A stretch of DNA of 64,000 nt from Trichoplax adhaerens (taxonomy: Eukaryota; Animalia; Placozoa), in NCBI RefSeq assembly GCF_000150275.1, contig NW_002060945.1:1857417-1921416 (forward strand), given 5' to 3'. The notes beneath the pieces are model-generated. The model did not search any database and was not told the DNA's origin. It saw nothing but the letters and a program-made list of their open reading frames with translations. Of this stretch, positions 13,701-25,800 are shown one piece after another. Both the position numbers and the translations under genes were made by a program. Every line of letters begins with the position of its first letter. The stretch's first letter is position 1.

Positions 13701-15625
13701 GATAAAGTGAGTAATGGATGTAAATAACTAATAATGTCGACAGTAGTTATATCTTGCGATTAGGTTAATAATGACTATCATATTCTCTACTTTCTATCAT
13801 TTAGAATCCTGACAAGTTCAAGGTTTCTTTCACGGGTTCTTTACCACTGCATGAATTTTTTGAGTTGATTGATGCGCATTTTAATGTAAGCCGCAAGTGT
13901 AAATTATACTGTATGATACTCTGTATACTTTATTCTATTTCAGTTTTGCTTGATTAAATAAACTGATTAATATACTAGAGTTATCCTCTTCACATTTCAT
14001 TATTAAATCGAAATAGAGAAAAGTAATGATGTTAAGATATTACGTATATGCTGAAATCTTAACCTAAACTTTAGTCATTGTGACCAACAACAATATATTA
14101 TAGGAACTTCATAGCTTAATCTTGATCACAGGGTAACTATACTTTGGTGCGCATTTGTTCCAATTACAGATTCGTTTAGAACAAGAAGAATTGCATGAAA
14201 AAGTTCAGCAAGAAGCAGAGCAGTACAGAGCCATTCAAAGGCGACTTTTAACTCGTTTTAAGGATAAAACTCCATCTCCGTTATTGAACCTGGATGTAAT
14301 TTTGGATAGTACACATGCTACGGTATGTTAAAGATCTTGATAAAGCTCTGATAGACGAATGATTGTAAAAAAATGTATTCAGTATTTCCCGGCATAGAAA
14401 ATAAATCTTTCTGATTGATGCCATTATAGATTATGGAATTAGCCGATAAAATTAAAAAGACTGAGGAAGCATTATCTAGAGCAGCTAATGCTTTGTCCTG
14501 CGGTACTAGTCTTCTCCTACTATTATTAAGGTATTGCAACCTTGTTCAGTTATTCATTACCAACTCAATGGCGATCTATACCTTTTCCAGATGTCAATTA
14601 ATATTCCTATTTTACTAAAAATAATCTTTTATTTGCAAGGCTAAATATGAACCTGAATGACAGTGAATTTCGTATACTTGAAGCCACGTTATCACCGATA
14701 GTAATTGACTTACGAGATCAGGTAATTAACTGCATTTTAATCTTGTTAGTAGTTACTTGACAGAAAATTGGCCATCTATAACCATTACTACTACTTCTCT
14801 AGGGTTGGGAAGAATTAACTGATGCTGCAATTACTCATTTACTACGGACGTGCTTAGCTAAGTCAGCGAAAGATCAAGCAGGTGATAAATTTTATTCGAT
14901 TTTTCCTAATTCACTGAAGACCATATTCAATTATTATTTTGCACTTATTAGATCTGGAGCTATCGTTATTTATATTACAATCGCATACTTTAATGAATAA
15001 TCTCTCGCTTTTATTACTGTGTAGTCAACTTGCCTCCTCTTAAGATCCCTTCTGATACTCAAAAACTAAAGAAACATATAGCTATGATGTGTGATCGGCT
15101 GACTAAAGGGGGCAAATTAGCATTCGAAAGTAACGATGTTACAACAAATGGACTACCGGAGGTTGTTGTATCTGATCCTAAACAAATACTTGATGATTAC
15201 CCATCGAAAGAAACATTTAAAGCAGGTATTATTCTAGCCTGATAAGATTAAAAGGATGATAGAACAAATTTCTATTCGTGCGTACTTGAAGAGTTTTCTA
15301 CACATAGTAAAAGTTTTTCTTGATGAGCAACTTCTTTACTAATTTTGTAAAATAAATTGTCTTGAACGACTGCGGCTGATTGATTTCTTGTCTAAATCTT
15401 AATCATTGTCAATTTAATTGGATAGATTTACCATCAGCTCCAGCTGAAACCAATGGTAGTCATGACCTTTCTACAAGTTCCACTGTTAGTGGTAAGAGCC
15501 TTCCACCTATGTATGAATCAGAACATCGAGATAGTGTATTACCTCCTTTGAGTACGAGCAATGGCATACGAAATCTAGATCTGGATCCACGACTTGCTAG
15601 TGCAATACAAGGAAGTGAAAGTTAA
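7789..15625 (+). CDS. BBS9: BBSome subunit BBS9 (PTHB1), 25 coding exons
   Basis: Starts MSLFKARDWWST. Internal motifs include QSMDGMVSFFEQESFAFGRFLPGFLLPGPL, SYLGTDPS, QRYRLQSD, QYRAIQRRLLTRFKDKTP, GWEELTDAAITHLLRTCLAKS and KLKKHIAMMCDRLTKGG. Exons: 7789-7900, 9985-10123, 10333-10397, 10542-10655, 10826-11000, 11157-11235, 11341-11428, 11598-11693, 11788-11917, 12012-12132, 12275-12335, 12488-12555, 12641-12691, 12802-12901, 13008-13210, 13299-13350, 13440-13529, 13612-13706, 13805-13885, 14170-14322, 14430-14530, 14640-14721, 14803-14881, 15025-15225, 15426-15625. The last exon is the least certain. Confidence 0.97.
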
Positions 15626-17507
15626 ATTAAGCCTTTACCCAACCCGTTTAATCCTGTATATTTTTTGCTCTCATTTATCCCATAAATTTATTTCGTAGTT
15701 GATGAACATTTTTGTATAAAAATTGGCTTCATCCAAAAGTTTCCTTTCCAGCCTATGTTAAAATGAGAACTTTTGTAGCGCAGTACTTGTTGACGTTGTT
15801 CTTGAAAGTTGTTAAATCTATTGGACAGCACTTTTCCTTACCACACAAAATGGCTGAGTTCCTTACGGAATATTTCATTTAAACAATGACGATCTTTTAA
15901 AAAGTGTTTCAATTTCAATTTAAAGCTGTTGTTCTTGATATTGTAACATATTTTATGACTATCATGTTGATTGACTTAATTTAATCTGTAGTGCAAAACC
16001 TTTACAGTCCAATATTCTACCACGAATTATAAAGTCCTTCATGACTTAACTACATCAATATTTCAAATAGTAATTTTTACTACTATGGTACTATCTAACA
16101 GTAGGCCTTTAATAAGGTATCACTACTACTTTAATTATTAAAAATAGTATTAATGCTCTGGCTATGAATACAGCTCAGTATTGATAATGTTATCCAAAAA
16201 AACTGATCCGATCTTGCTCAAGTAACAACGTTATACTTAGAACCCGTGATGCCACTAATATCTATTAGATGTGTAAATATACCTAAATTATCTAAATTCA
16301 CAGTAATAATTAATCAATCTTATCAACACCTTTGATAGCTTTATGATGTTGTCGGATTATATTAATGACTCATTTGCCTTAACAACAGTAAAAAGTACAT
16401 TATTACTATGTGAAGTCCTGTTTATATGATCTTTCTGTAAGATGTAATGTATATGCATTTTCGATAAGGAGTTTAAATCTTATGATAAAGTAGGAGAGAC
16501 TTTCTTGACTACTTTTTGTAATTGTTCGTTTTTAATCAACTGAAATACGTAATAAGATAGCAATCTAATTGGACTCAATTCCTGTGTTTTTCATAAAGGA
16601 TCACGATTTTGTTCCTATATTAAAAATTTTCCAGTTTATTAATTTTAAACAAAAATTAAAATTCTGCTTAACGTGATATATGTAATTGCTAGCTGATATT
16701 ATGTAGAATAAAGTATTTAGCTTGTAAGGCTATACCAATTATTTCATGTGGACAAAATTCATAAATTCTAAATATAGTATTACAACTGCAGCTCTGCTGT
16801 AACGGAACTAAATAAGCACATGTTAATGGATGCCGTTACTTTTATGACGTGCAAAAGACGTTATGTCAGCGCCTCCAGCGTAATTTATTGATACACATTA
16901 ATTAATCTGCTATCGGAGCTGCGTTTACGAGCTGTCGTGCATGATGAGTTGGCTCTAACTACAAATCTATTAAAACCAAAGGAGTTTGTATGGGCTAGTT
17001 TAGAAGTCATGCTTACGGGGAGGATCAAATAAACTCTCTGAGCAGCAATTAACAACCAAAGAGGTTAAGGCCGCCATAACAATTTATTGTCAGCTTCATC
17101 ACTTAATTACTAGCAATGGAGGTTAAAGGCTAACACTTGCTAATTAGCAAATTTATCGAATCGCAGATAAGATAATTGGCACAGGACAATAATTATTTGT
17201 ACCTACTATTACCAAATATTAGTTTCGAAGTATACAATTGAAAGATACTAAAGTTATAAGCTACACACTACATAAACACGTCCAAACAGCTATGGTTATA
17301 ATTCTTAAAGTGTAATAAAGTTACAAATTATCCGGCACGAAGTACATAGGAAAGACAGTCTGCAATATTTAAAGTTCACTGGATAATTTTTCTAAACGGT
17401 TCGTTGGGCACGATAGTGTTCACTTTATGTGGAAGTAACTTCAATTTCCTGAATTATGATTAGCGATTACTTCATAAAGCCCATTCACTCGTTGAGGAGG
17501 TGGTAAT

Positions 17508-20010
17508 TTAGAAACCATGAACTTTAACCTGATCCTCGGATGCAATCTGGTGTTTTTTCAAGAAGCTTCGAATCTTGTTTCTCTGGTCTCCCTGAAACTG
17601 CAACACTAAGCCATACTCCGGATGCTCAACAACAGTGCCATTGCAAGCAAATTCCTATGATAATGTAGTATAAGGCAAGTTTAGGTATAATTTTAGTAGT
17701 ACTCAATATAATTCGCATTGTCAATATTATGGTAAATACGAATTTTCTCTTTCAAACGAAGGGTAATAAATTGTAGGAATCGTGGGCAATAACGTCAGTC
17801 AAGTTTGCAAATAATGATTTAATGTTAGGAAATAGCAAGATTAATAAAAGACTCGTTAGGGTAACAAGATATTTACAAACTTGTTTTATTAATTTGCCCA
17901 AGTTGTATCCAGCACCGCAAAGGTATTTAGTATTAAGTTATGTTAATAAGGTGTAATTAAGAATTACAAGCAAAGAACAAATATTCTAAAGTAATAATTG
18001 TAGGGTAAAACGATGTCATCATTAGTCCATAGATCTGTTTACTAGAGCAGCATCAATAAATACATGTGAAAAAAAGATGGAAAGTTTGGGTTATTATTCT
18101 TGTAACAAATTACCTTCTTGCATACACGCGCAATCCTTTTCAAATCGAAATTATTCGAAATTCCTTGCACCGTGGTCAAAGTTTTCCGACCGTTACGTTG
18201 CTGAATTCTTATATGAATGACTCCTTCCTGGTGGCCTTCGTCCTCTCCTTTGAGAGCATCCGCAAACGGATCTACAAATGGATCATAGGAAAAAATGGAA
18301 ACCTTCAAAAAGAGCATACATATGATGCTTGTAAGGTTTAAGAAAGGTTGTACAGTTAATAAATATGTGAAAGGCTGGATCGCTGCAATCACTGTTGTAT
18401 GGATGGGCGAAATTAGGCCGAAAATTTAAGATGTAACCTGTGAATCCCTTAGTTTGAAAGATCAATCGGAGTTGATACAGTCCATCGACATACACTAAAG
18501 TATTGGTTGCTTGACAATCAACATCCTAGACGCTAGAGGGGAGATGTGCACGCAAATCTATTGCCAGTTGTTATAAGGAAAAACGTTTTCTACATGTTCA
18601 CACGGAATTCCCTATAAGATGCTCAAGGAATCTCGTATGTACGTTGATAGTCAGCATTGAAAAAGGTCGCATCCCATACCGACTCCAGTTAGCTATACTG
18701 TACTAGACTTTAAGGGTCAGTCGATGTGATCGTTCTAATCCACACATCTACTATAGCAAGCCATTTTCAGCATTCCTTTCCTATGCCATCATAGTCATCC
18801 TTTCAGTGTACTGTACCAATACTTTCCAAGTTATTGCACTTACGACGATTTGTGTTTACAGAGCGATTGAAAACGAGTTATTTACTATGCTGTACTAAGC
18901 GTCAATACTTTCGGTCGTGATGAGTTCTTTTAACATGTCCTAAAAATAGCCGCTAGTCTATTCATCATGATCACAAAAAGTGGTACTGGACCGGCACGGC
19001 ACGGCACGGTTATGAATTAAATGGTTTCGAAGGCGGTCAGTCAATTTTACGACGGTAGTGAGTGTGAGGAAATCCGCTTTCATTTAATTTATTTAATGGT
19101 TGCTTAATCCATGTTTATTAAGCTACTGCTTTTTTTAGTTATCGGGTCAGATGTGTGTTTGAAAGTTCTTCTTTGCAACTTTTTCAAGCTGTCTTGAACT
19201 ACTTTCCGTTAGTACAACACGGGAACAATGCAGGGTCAATGATGGCGTTGTACTGTCCAAGATTATAGTCGAATTATCATGGGGCAGTGGTATATGCTAG
19301 TAACTGTAATGCCTGTATCGAGTGGTTGCCTATACCGTAGTAACAGCACTATTGTATTTTATTGCGTAGTACATATAGTACAGGGGTAAAATTACAATGG
19401 ACTGTATAATAGATCGCCATAACAAACATGTCCGAAATGGTGACGATCTACTTAGGAGAAATTGTGGACTATCGTGAGAAAATTGGACGTAGATTTAAAT
19501 AGACTTTTTTCCGATTAAGAGTGAATCCATTCCATCTTGATCATGTTATTATTGGGTTGCATGGATTGCTGTTGAAGACATTGAAAAGTGAAAGCTGACT
19601 TGTGGACAGAATATTTCGTTATTTACTGTTCAAAAGCAATCAATGTGAATTAGCGCCGATTGATTCGTTCCATTTATCAGATCTTAACCACTTGGTCCAT
19701 AGCGCCCAAGTAATATTACAATCATTCTTTTCTTAAGCTATACTATACTGCCATGCTACTACAGCTAAAAATACATCACTCTACCCGGAATTTCAACGAT
19801 TGAATTGGATCATGATATTGCGGCACGGTAGTCAAGCGACAAAAAAAAATGCAGAAATCCACTGATACTGTCTTACTACTGTGTAAACTAGTAGCCGTAC
19901 AATCTTCACGAATCACGATATAAATTGAAGTCCAAGATGCTACGCTAGCGGCCAACTTAAAGGATAAAATGCTTACCAAAAGTTTTTAAATTTTGAATGG
20001 ATTCTGTCAT
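17508..20010 (-). CDS. EIF1: Translation initiation factor eIF1 (SUI1), 3 coding exons
   Basis: Exon 20010-19977 encodes MTESIQNLKTF. Exon 18271-18114 encodes DPFADA...IHIRIQQRNGRKTLTTVQG...CKK. Exon 17654-17508 encodes EFACNGTVVEHPEYGLVLQFQGDQR...KVHGF*. SUI1 signatures are canonical and the GT-AG introns are phase-compatible. Confidence 0.97.
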
Positions 20011-20208
20011 AAGCTAGGAAAGTCGGTTAACGCTTGAGAGAAGATTTAATTCGTTGCCGATGGTCGACGATAGTTTGGCGTAAGCACACACAGTTGCAAG
20101 CTAGCTTGGAAACGATGAAGACGGATGACGATAACGATACGTACCTCCGTAAAATGAGTCGATTGCACCAGTGCAGCGGGAAAATAACGTCATGGTCCGG
20201 TCCGGGAG

Positions 20209-20890
20209 AGTACAGTACAGTACAGTACTACATCATGGTACTATTAGTGCAGTCCTGAGATCATGATATACTGTACACTGTACTTACTGTATCTTTCTTT
20301 TTTTTTTACTGTACAGTACCGTATGCTGTCCGGTACGGGTACCGGTACGAATAACAATTTTGACGCGTACAGTACTGTACTGTACTGTACAATGTGTGCA
20401 GTACAGTACATGGGATTACAATGTACAATGTACTGTACTGTACAGTACAGTATTCTATTGTACTGTACACTGTACGGTACAGTACAGTATGGGATTACTG
20501 TACAGTACTTACGGCCTGGTACAGTACAGTACAGTACAGTACGTACACGAATGAACGTACTGTAGAGTACTGTACACTGTACTGTACAGTACTGTATGTA
20601 ATGTTGTGCTCTTGATACTGTACTGAACCTTGGTAACTTACTAACTTGATGGTAAAAATTCAATTTTGAACATCAATCAAAGACCAAAACAAATAGGCAA
20701 TCGTGAACACCAGTGTTGTCCTGCATTTGACCAACTATTTGGCCCGTTCAAAATTTCTACCAATTTTTTACTGTACACTGTACAGTGTACTGTATACCTA
20801 TTATTATTTTATTTGATTATAATTACAGTATATACAATATACCATTATTATCTACACTGCTGTACATACATTGTACGCTACAATACAGCC
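20209..20890. repeat. TACAG/CTGTA pentamer island upstream of EIF1
   Basis: Dense (CAGTA)n/(TACTG)n runs, e.g. acagtacagtacagtacagtac at ~20521-20542, starting ~200 bp upstream of the eIF1 ATG. Confidence 0.9.
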
Positions 20891-22855
20891 GACTAGTATA
20901 AATTTACACAGTGGAAGTTGTTCACTTATGAAAACAACTCCCAACCAGTGCCTTCCAAAATAGAATCAACTACAGGATGACTAACGTTGAAGTTGAAGAA
21001 ACAATGTCGGCCGAAGGCCGATCGAGTATAATTATGAATGAATTGATTATTATTATAGAATAGGGACTGGATACTGCATCAAACGCGTAATTGGGTCTTG
21101 TATGTTGCTTGTTTCAAAGTTTCTTCAAGAGAAAACTAACGATATGCCACTATATTTTGCGTTATTAAATGATATACCATCGTAATTTACCGAAATTGAA
21201 TAATATGGGATTTTCCGATTTGTGAGCACGCTCAGTACGACACACAGCATGATTAGAGTACATTGTATGTACTGTGTATTTTACCAACGTCTATTCGGTA
21301 ACGATAATTAATTAATTATTTACAGTTAATACTGTCCTGTACTGTACTGTACAGTAAGCGAATAAGGGCGACTGGATGATTCAGCAAGAATCATAGTGAC
21401 GACAATGATGCTGTTGTTAAAGTTACAAAATCAATTTTATAATTTCGTCCATAGTCCTTGTAGGCTAGCAGTAGGAAATTGTTGGTCATGATTGGTCACA
21501 TCATCGATGGTGATATCAATTTGTAGGGTTACTCTCCAACGATTGGATCAATATCACAGAGAATGAACCGCAAATAATCAATCAATCACTCATGACATTG
21601 ATAGCCACTATTAACATGACATGGTATTATTATATCGCAATAGATAGTTTTTGCAAACGGTTATTGCTCAGTAATGCACGTAATAATGCATTTGTATGTT
21701 GCCTCAGCGCTTGTTTAAATAGATAGAACGAATCGCTAGCAATTTACAAGTATTATTCTGGACGGATTACTCTTGCTATTGCATGCAATAATATTTTACA
21801 ACCTAAGGTATCCCCTCGAAATTGGACTATCATTAAAATTGAACTTGTAATTGAGGCGTACCGTAACCGAATGTGAATGCTGATATCTTCTACAAGTACG
21901 ACTAGGAGTGGAATAAACTGATACGAAGATAGCAAAATTTTATTAATCTTTTCAAATTTAGTAATCTAACGTACGCTCTAATCTTTGCACACACAAATAT
22001 AGTAAGTACGTGCAATCGAATCTTGTCACAGCGCTGAAATTAAAAATGTAACAGAATTTCTAAATGTTTTCACATGTGTTATATAAGTTCTCCAAACACA
22101 TTGGAGCATAATGAACAGCAATTTCTTTTAACAACATTTACATAGTTGGCGGCAGCTAATGTGCAGCAGGCTCACAAACTATATCCTTTCAAAGCAGAAT
22201 GGATCTAGTAACACGGATAGTTCGTTACGCTCAACAGAATGAAGTAACTAAGGTTACTAACCATTGCACTACCAACAAAATGCAGCAAGTAGAAAGATCG
22301 GAATGTCAACTAAAGATTTATACGAAGTGTTAACGGCTATATAAAAAGGTTCATCGAAGTGTAAAAATATCTTGTGCTATCCAATGTATTCGGATTCACT
22401 GGGACAAGTTAGCAATATACAATACTTCAAACATTTTCTTAATGCAGTATCTACACGTTAATAGATATACAAGAGCTTAGTAATGCGCAAAAAATCGCTC
22501 ATAATTGACGGATTGGTTGATCAATGCACTCCAATAGTTAAAGCACTATCAATCCATGAAGATTTGCCACTAAGCTGAAGGAGTTAATATCCCTTTAAGG
22601 AGGCAAGCTTTCTATATAAAAAGCTATACAATTCACAGAAGAGTTGATCACAATTATAATACAAATCCTAATACAAAAATATCAACGATCAACTTCTACG
22701 AGTATTGCCTCCAGTCAAATATAAATAGCTAAAGGCAAGATGAGTTTAAGCTTCGAATACAAATTTCGCATTTGATTGTCAGAGGTAACTTAGAACTGGA
22801 AATCAAGTATTGAAAAATGTTTGAATTATCTAATCGATGACATATCTGTGCGTAG

Positions 22856-25800
22856 TTATTCCATGTCTGGCATGACACCTTTATTGTCATCTTTTCGTTT
22901 GCTAGGTTCGTAAACAGGACCACACTTTTCCATGTATTGTCGAATAAAATTTTTTATTCGATGCTTTACAGAATCAGTTACTCTTAGACTTTCACTGGGT
23001 TTTAAACGTTTAGTTTCCTTGTCCAGGACACCATACGATAACTAAAAATGATAGTTTTGTTTGCATGATTTACAGGGTCTAGAAGTCTTGCAATAAAGTT
23101 AATTTATTGAACTTTATGATAATTAGAATAATTTACCTTGCGAGCTAAGGCTTTAAAGTCCTCCTTAGAAGTAATATGGCCGGTCTTACAGTCTGGCTTG
23201 CGGTACGGATTAAGATGTTCAATGATTGTTGGAGTAATCTACACAAAAGATGTATTACGTTAAGCGCTTTCGTTATAGTCTTACTGTTGTAGTGTGAAAA
23301 ATTGAGGGCCAAAACTACTTTGTCATTGATAGCCTTACAGTCGAATTTATAATACCTTCTGTCTAAATTCTTCCTTAACTTTCTTATCAATTATTCTATC
23401 TTTGGTGTTTACTTTTACTTCTGGGTTCGATGTAAGCTCTTTTGTGCTTACTCTTGGAGATAACGGTTGAATACCATCCTTAAGAATCAAATACGTTAAG
23501 TTGTATAATTACTGGACATAAGTTTTGTAAATAGCATAAGCTTACGAATATTCCTACCTTTACTACAGAATGATCTTCTACTTCGGTGCTGGCGGTGATG
23601 GAATCGTTTGTACTCGAAATTTTTTTAATTTTATCTGTAACATCTGTAACGGTCGGCTGTTGCCATTGTGAAACTCTGCACAGTACGGGGTTGTTCAATT
23701 GATATTAGAGGAAATATTAGAAAAATGTTAAACTTGCACCATATACTAATGCAAGAATATTATTTTTATAAAGATATCTGACCTGGTATGTATGTTATAA
23801 TAATATATTCTTCCTTGTTGATCGATGGCGGCGCGCCAATCTGGTGGCAGAGGTGGAACATCTTTCAATGACTTCTGCTCGACATTTGAAGAATCTTGTG
23901 GCGGATCAGAAGCTGGCATTTCCTGCCTTTGTTGCTCTTGTACTTGATTCACAGCAGGTAAACGCGGAATAGGTTGTTGTTGCGCATGAAACATACGCAA
24001 CTGATTGTATATAGCCATTTGTTGTTGTTGTTGTTGTTGATAGTACATCATTTGATTCTGTTGCCACTGTGCTGCATAGGTCGTAGGATATTGATTGTAA
24101 ACGGTTGTCGGCTGAATAGTAGGCGGGTTTACGTGATTTGACGCTGTAACCGACGAATTCTGATTATCAGTTTCTTTCATTTCAGAATCGTTATTTATCG
24201 TAGAAGACTTTGGTGAAGGGGTATACTTATTGGGCTTTTCATCACGTCTTTCGTTCCTATCATGACCTGATTTTCTCTCGTGATCGTCTTTACGATCTCG
24301 TTTATCTTCAAAACTTCTTGTTGGACTATCACGACTGCCACTTCTACGCTTTCGCTTTTCTGAATGAAGTCTGTCCCGGTCTCTATTAGAACGATGATCA
24401 CGTCTATAGGAACTTGACCGAGGCGATGAATTACGGTAGCTCCTTCGGCGATAAGAATGTTCATGGTGGTGATTATGGTGTGAATAGCGATGTCTAGGTG
24501 GGGAAGAATCTCGTTTGTCCCTACTTTCTCTTTCACTAGATCCATTACGTTCAGAATTTTTTTCCACTGGATCACTCTCGGAATTTGTACCACTAATAAT
24601 AGTTTCGATCTTTTGTTGGACACTTTTCGAGCTTTCTGGAGTACTAACTTCTTCAACGGTGACTTTCTTCGGGATGCGATATACTTCCTTTAAAGTGCTC
24701 CAAGATGAAAGAAGATCATTTGCTACCGTGGTAATTTCACTAGCATCATCCTTGGTGATAGCTGCATCGATATGTTCATCCGATGACGCTATATTTTCGG
24801 TCATTTTTTCAGTATCATCTTCAATGTCCATTTTTACTTCAGTGATTGTATCGGCTTCAGAATCGTTTACTTGGCAAGGCATGTCTTCACTAGCACTACA
24901 TAAGCTAGGAGAAGCACTTTCTTTTCCAAGGCTTATACTTGAATCTTCTTGGATATCGTTATTCTCGTCAGTAACAGTTTTCTGGTCCGAGTTTCTAGTA
25001 AGGTATTAAGTTAAATTTAATTTTAGAGTTTTACTAAAATATCGCATAAATACGTAAAAGCGAAAACTAACTGATTAGGTAATTCTTCCAAAGCAACAGT
25101 TTTCTCAGTCATCCCATTAACGGTAATATTTTCTTCCACAGGCGTACTTTGAGCCCACTTTTTTACTACGTGCATTATTTTGCTATCTTCTAGCATATTG
25201 CGCGATGTAATAGGAAGCAACTTTAAAGTATGCAAAATCTAAATGTTTGAAAATCATGGAGAATGTTAATAAGGTTGAGCTAATAATTTTGACGCAAAAA
25301 TATCGACGTTAACGTTAGATTTTATCACGAACTTCTGATCGTAACTCTATGTCACTTTCATCGCTGTCTACCATCCAGCTCCAAAGCAAGGATAAACCAT
25401 GGTACTTTACAAAATGCTTTAAATATACAGAACTTGCACTATCCTAGATGAGAAATGATCGGTAAGTATATTATAAAGTCCGATTTATTTCACCCCACAA
25501 TATAATGATGTTAAATGTGAGGATACTACCTGAAGGACATTAAGCAATCTCAATCGATGCTCCGTAGTTTCAGCTCGAATCATCAATCGACACAGTTTCA
25601 ACGTAGAATCTACATCTTCTAAGCCTCTTTCATTTTCTGTTAAGGATTGAACTTCTTCTTCGAATTCCTATTGAGAAAAAATATCAGATTTAAACTAAAT
25701 GAACTATAGGGCAGTTAAAAGTAGCAATATCTTAGAATTCTAACAGATAATTCATCGCCATCTGACTCCGCAGCTGAGCCTTCATCTTTCTGGCGCGAAT

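Noticed and set aside
18271-18290. Apparent duplicated 'YDPFVDPFAD' at the start of eIF1 exon 2
   Set aside because: The first DPF lies in the intron before the TTTGTAG acceptor. Splicing from exon 1 gives the normal TFDPFAD.
18272-19976. Possible intronic snoRNA in eIF1 intron 1 (TGATGA on the minus strand near 18965)
   Set aside because: There is no properly spaced CTGA box D or terminal stem, so it cannot be supported without a covariance-model search.
20244-20896. ORFs rich in TVQYS/LYCTV (also at 1662-2465, 31494-32130 and 63659-63937)
   Set aside because: These are translations of the pentamer repeat, which stays open in several frames on both strands. They show no splice structure or recognisable homology.
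24195-25009. Long overlapping and antisense ORFs (24195-24656 -, 24515-25009 +, 24490-24693 +)
   Set aside because: They are shadows of the large low-complexity SETD2 exon.
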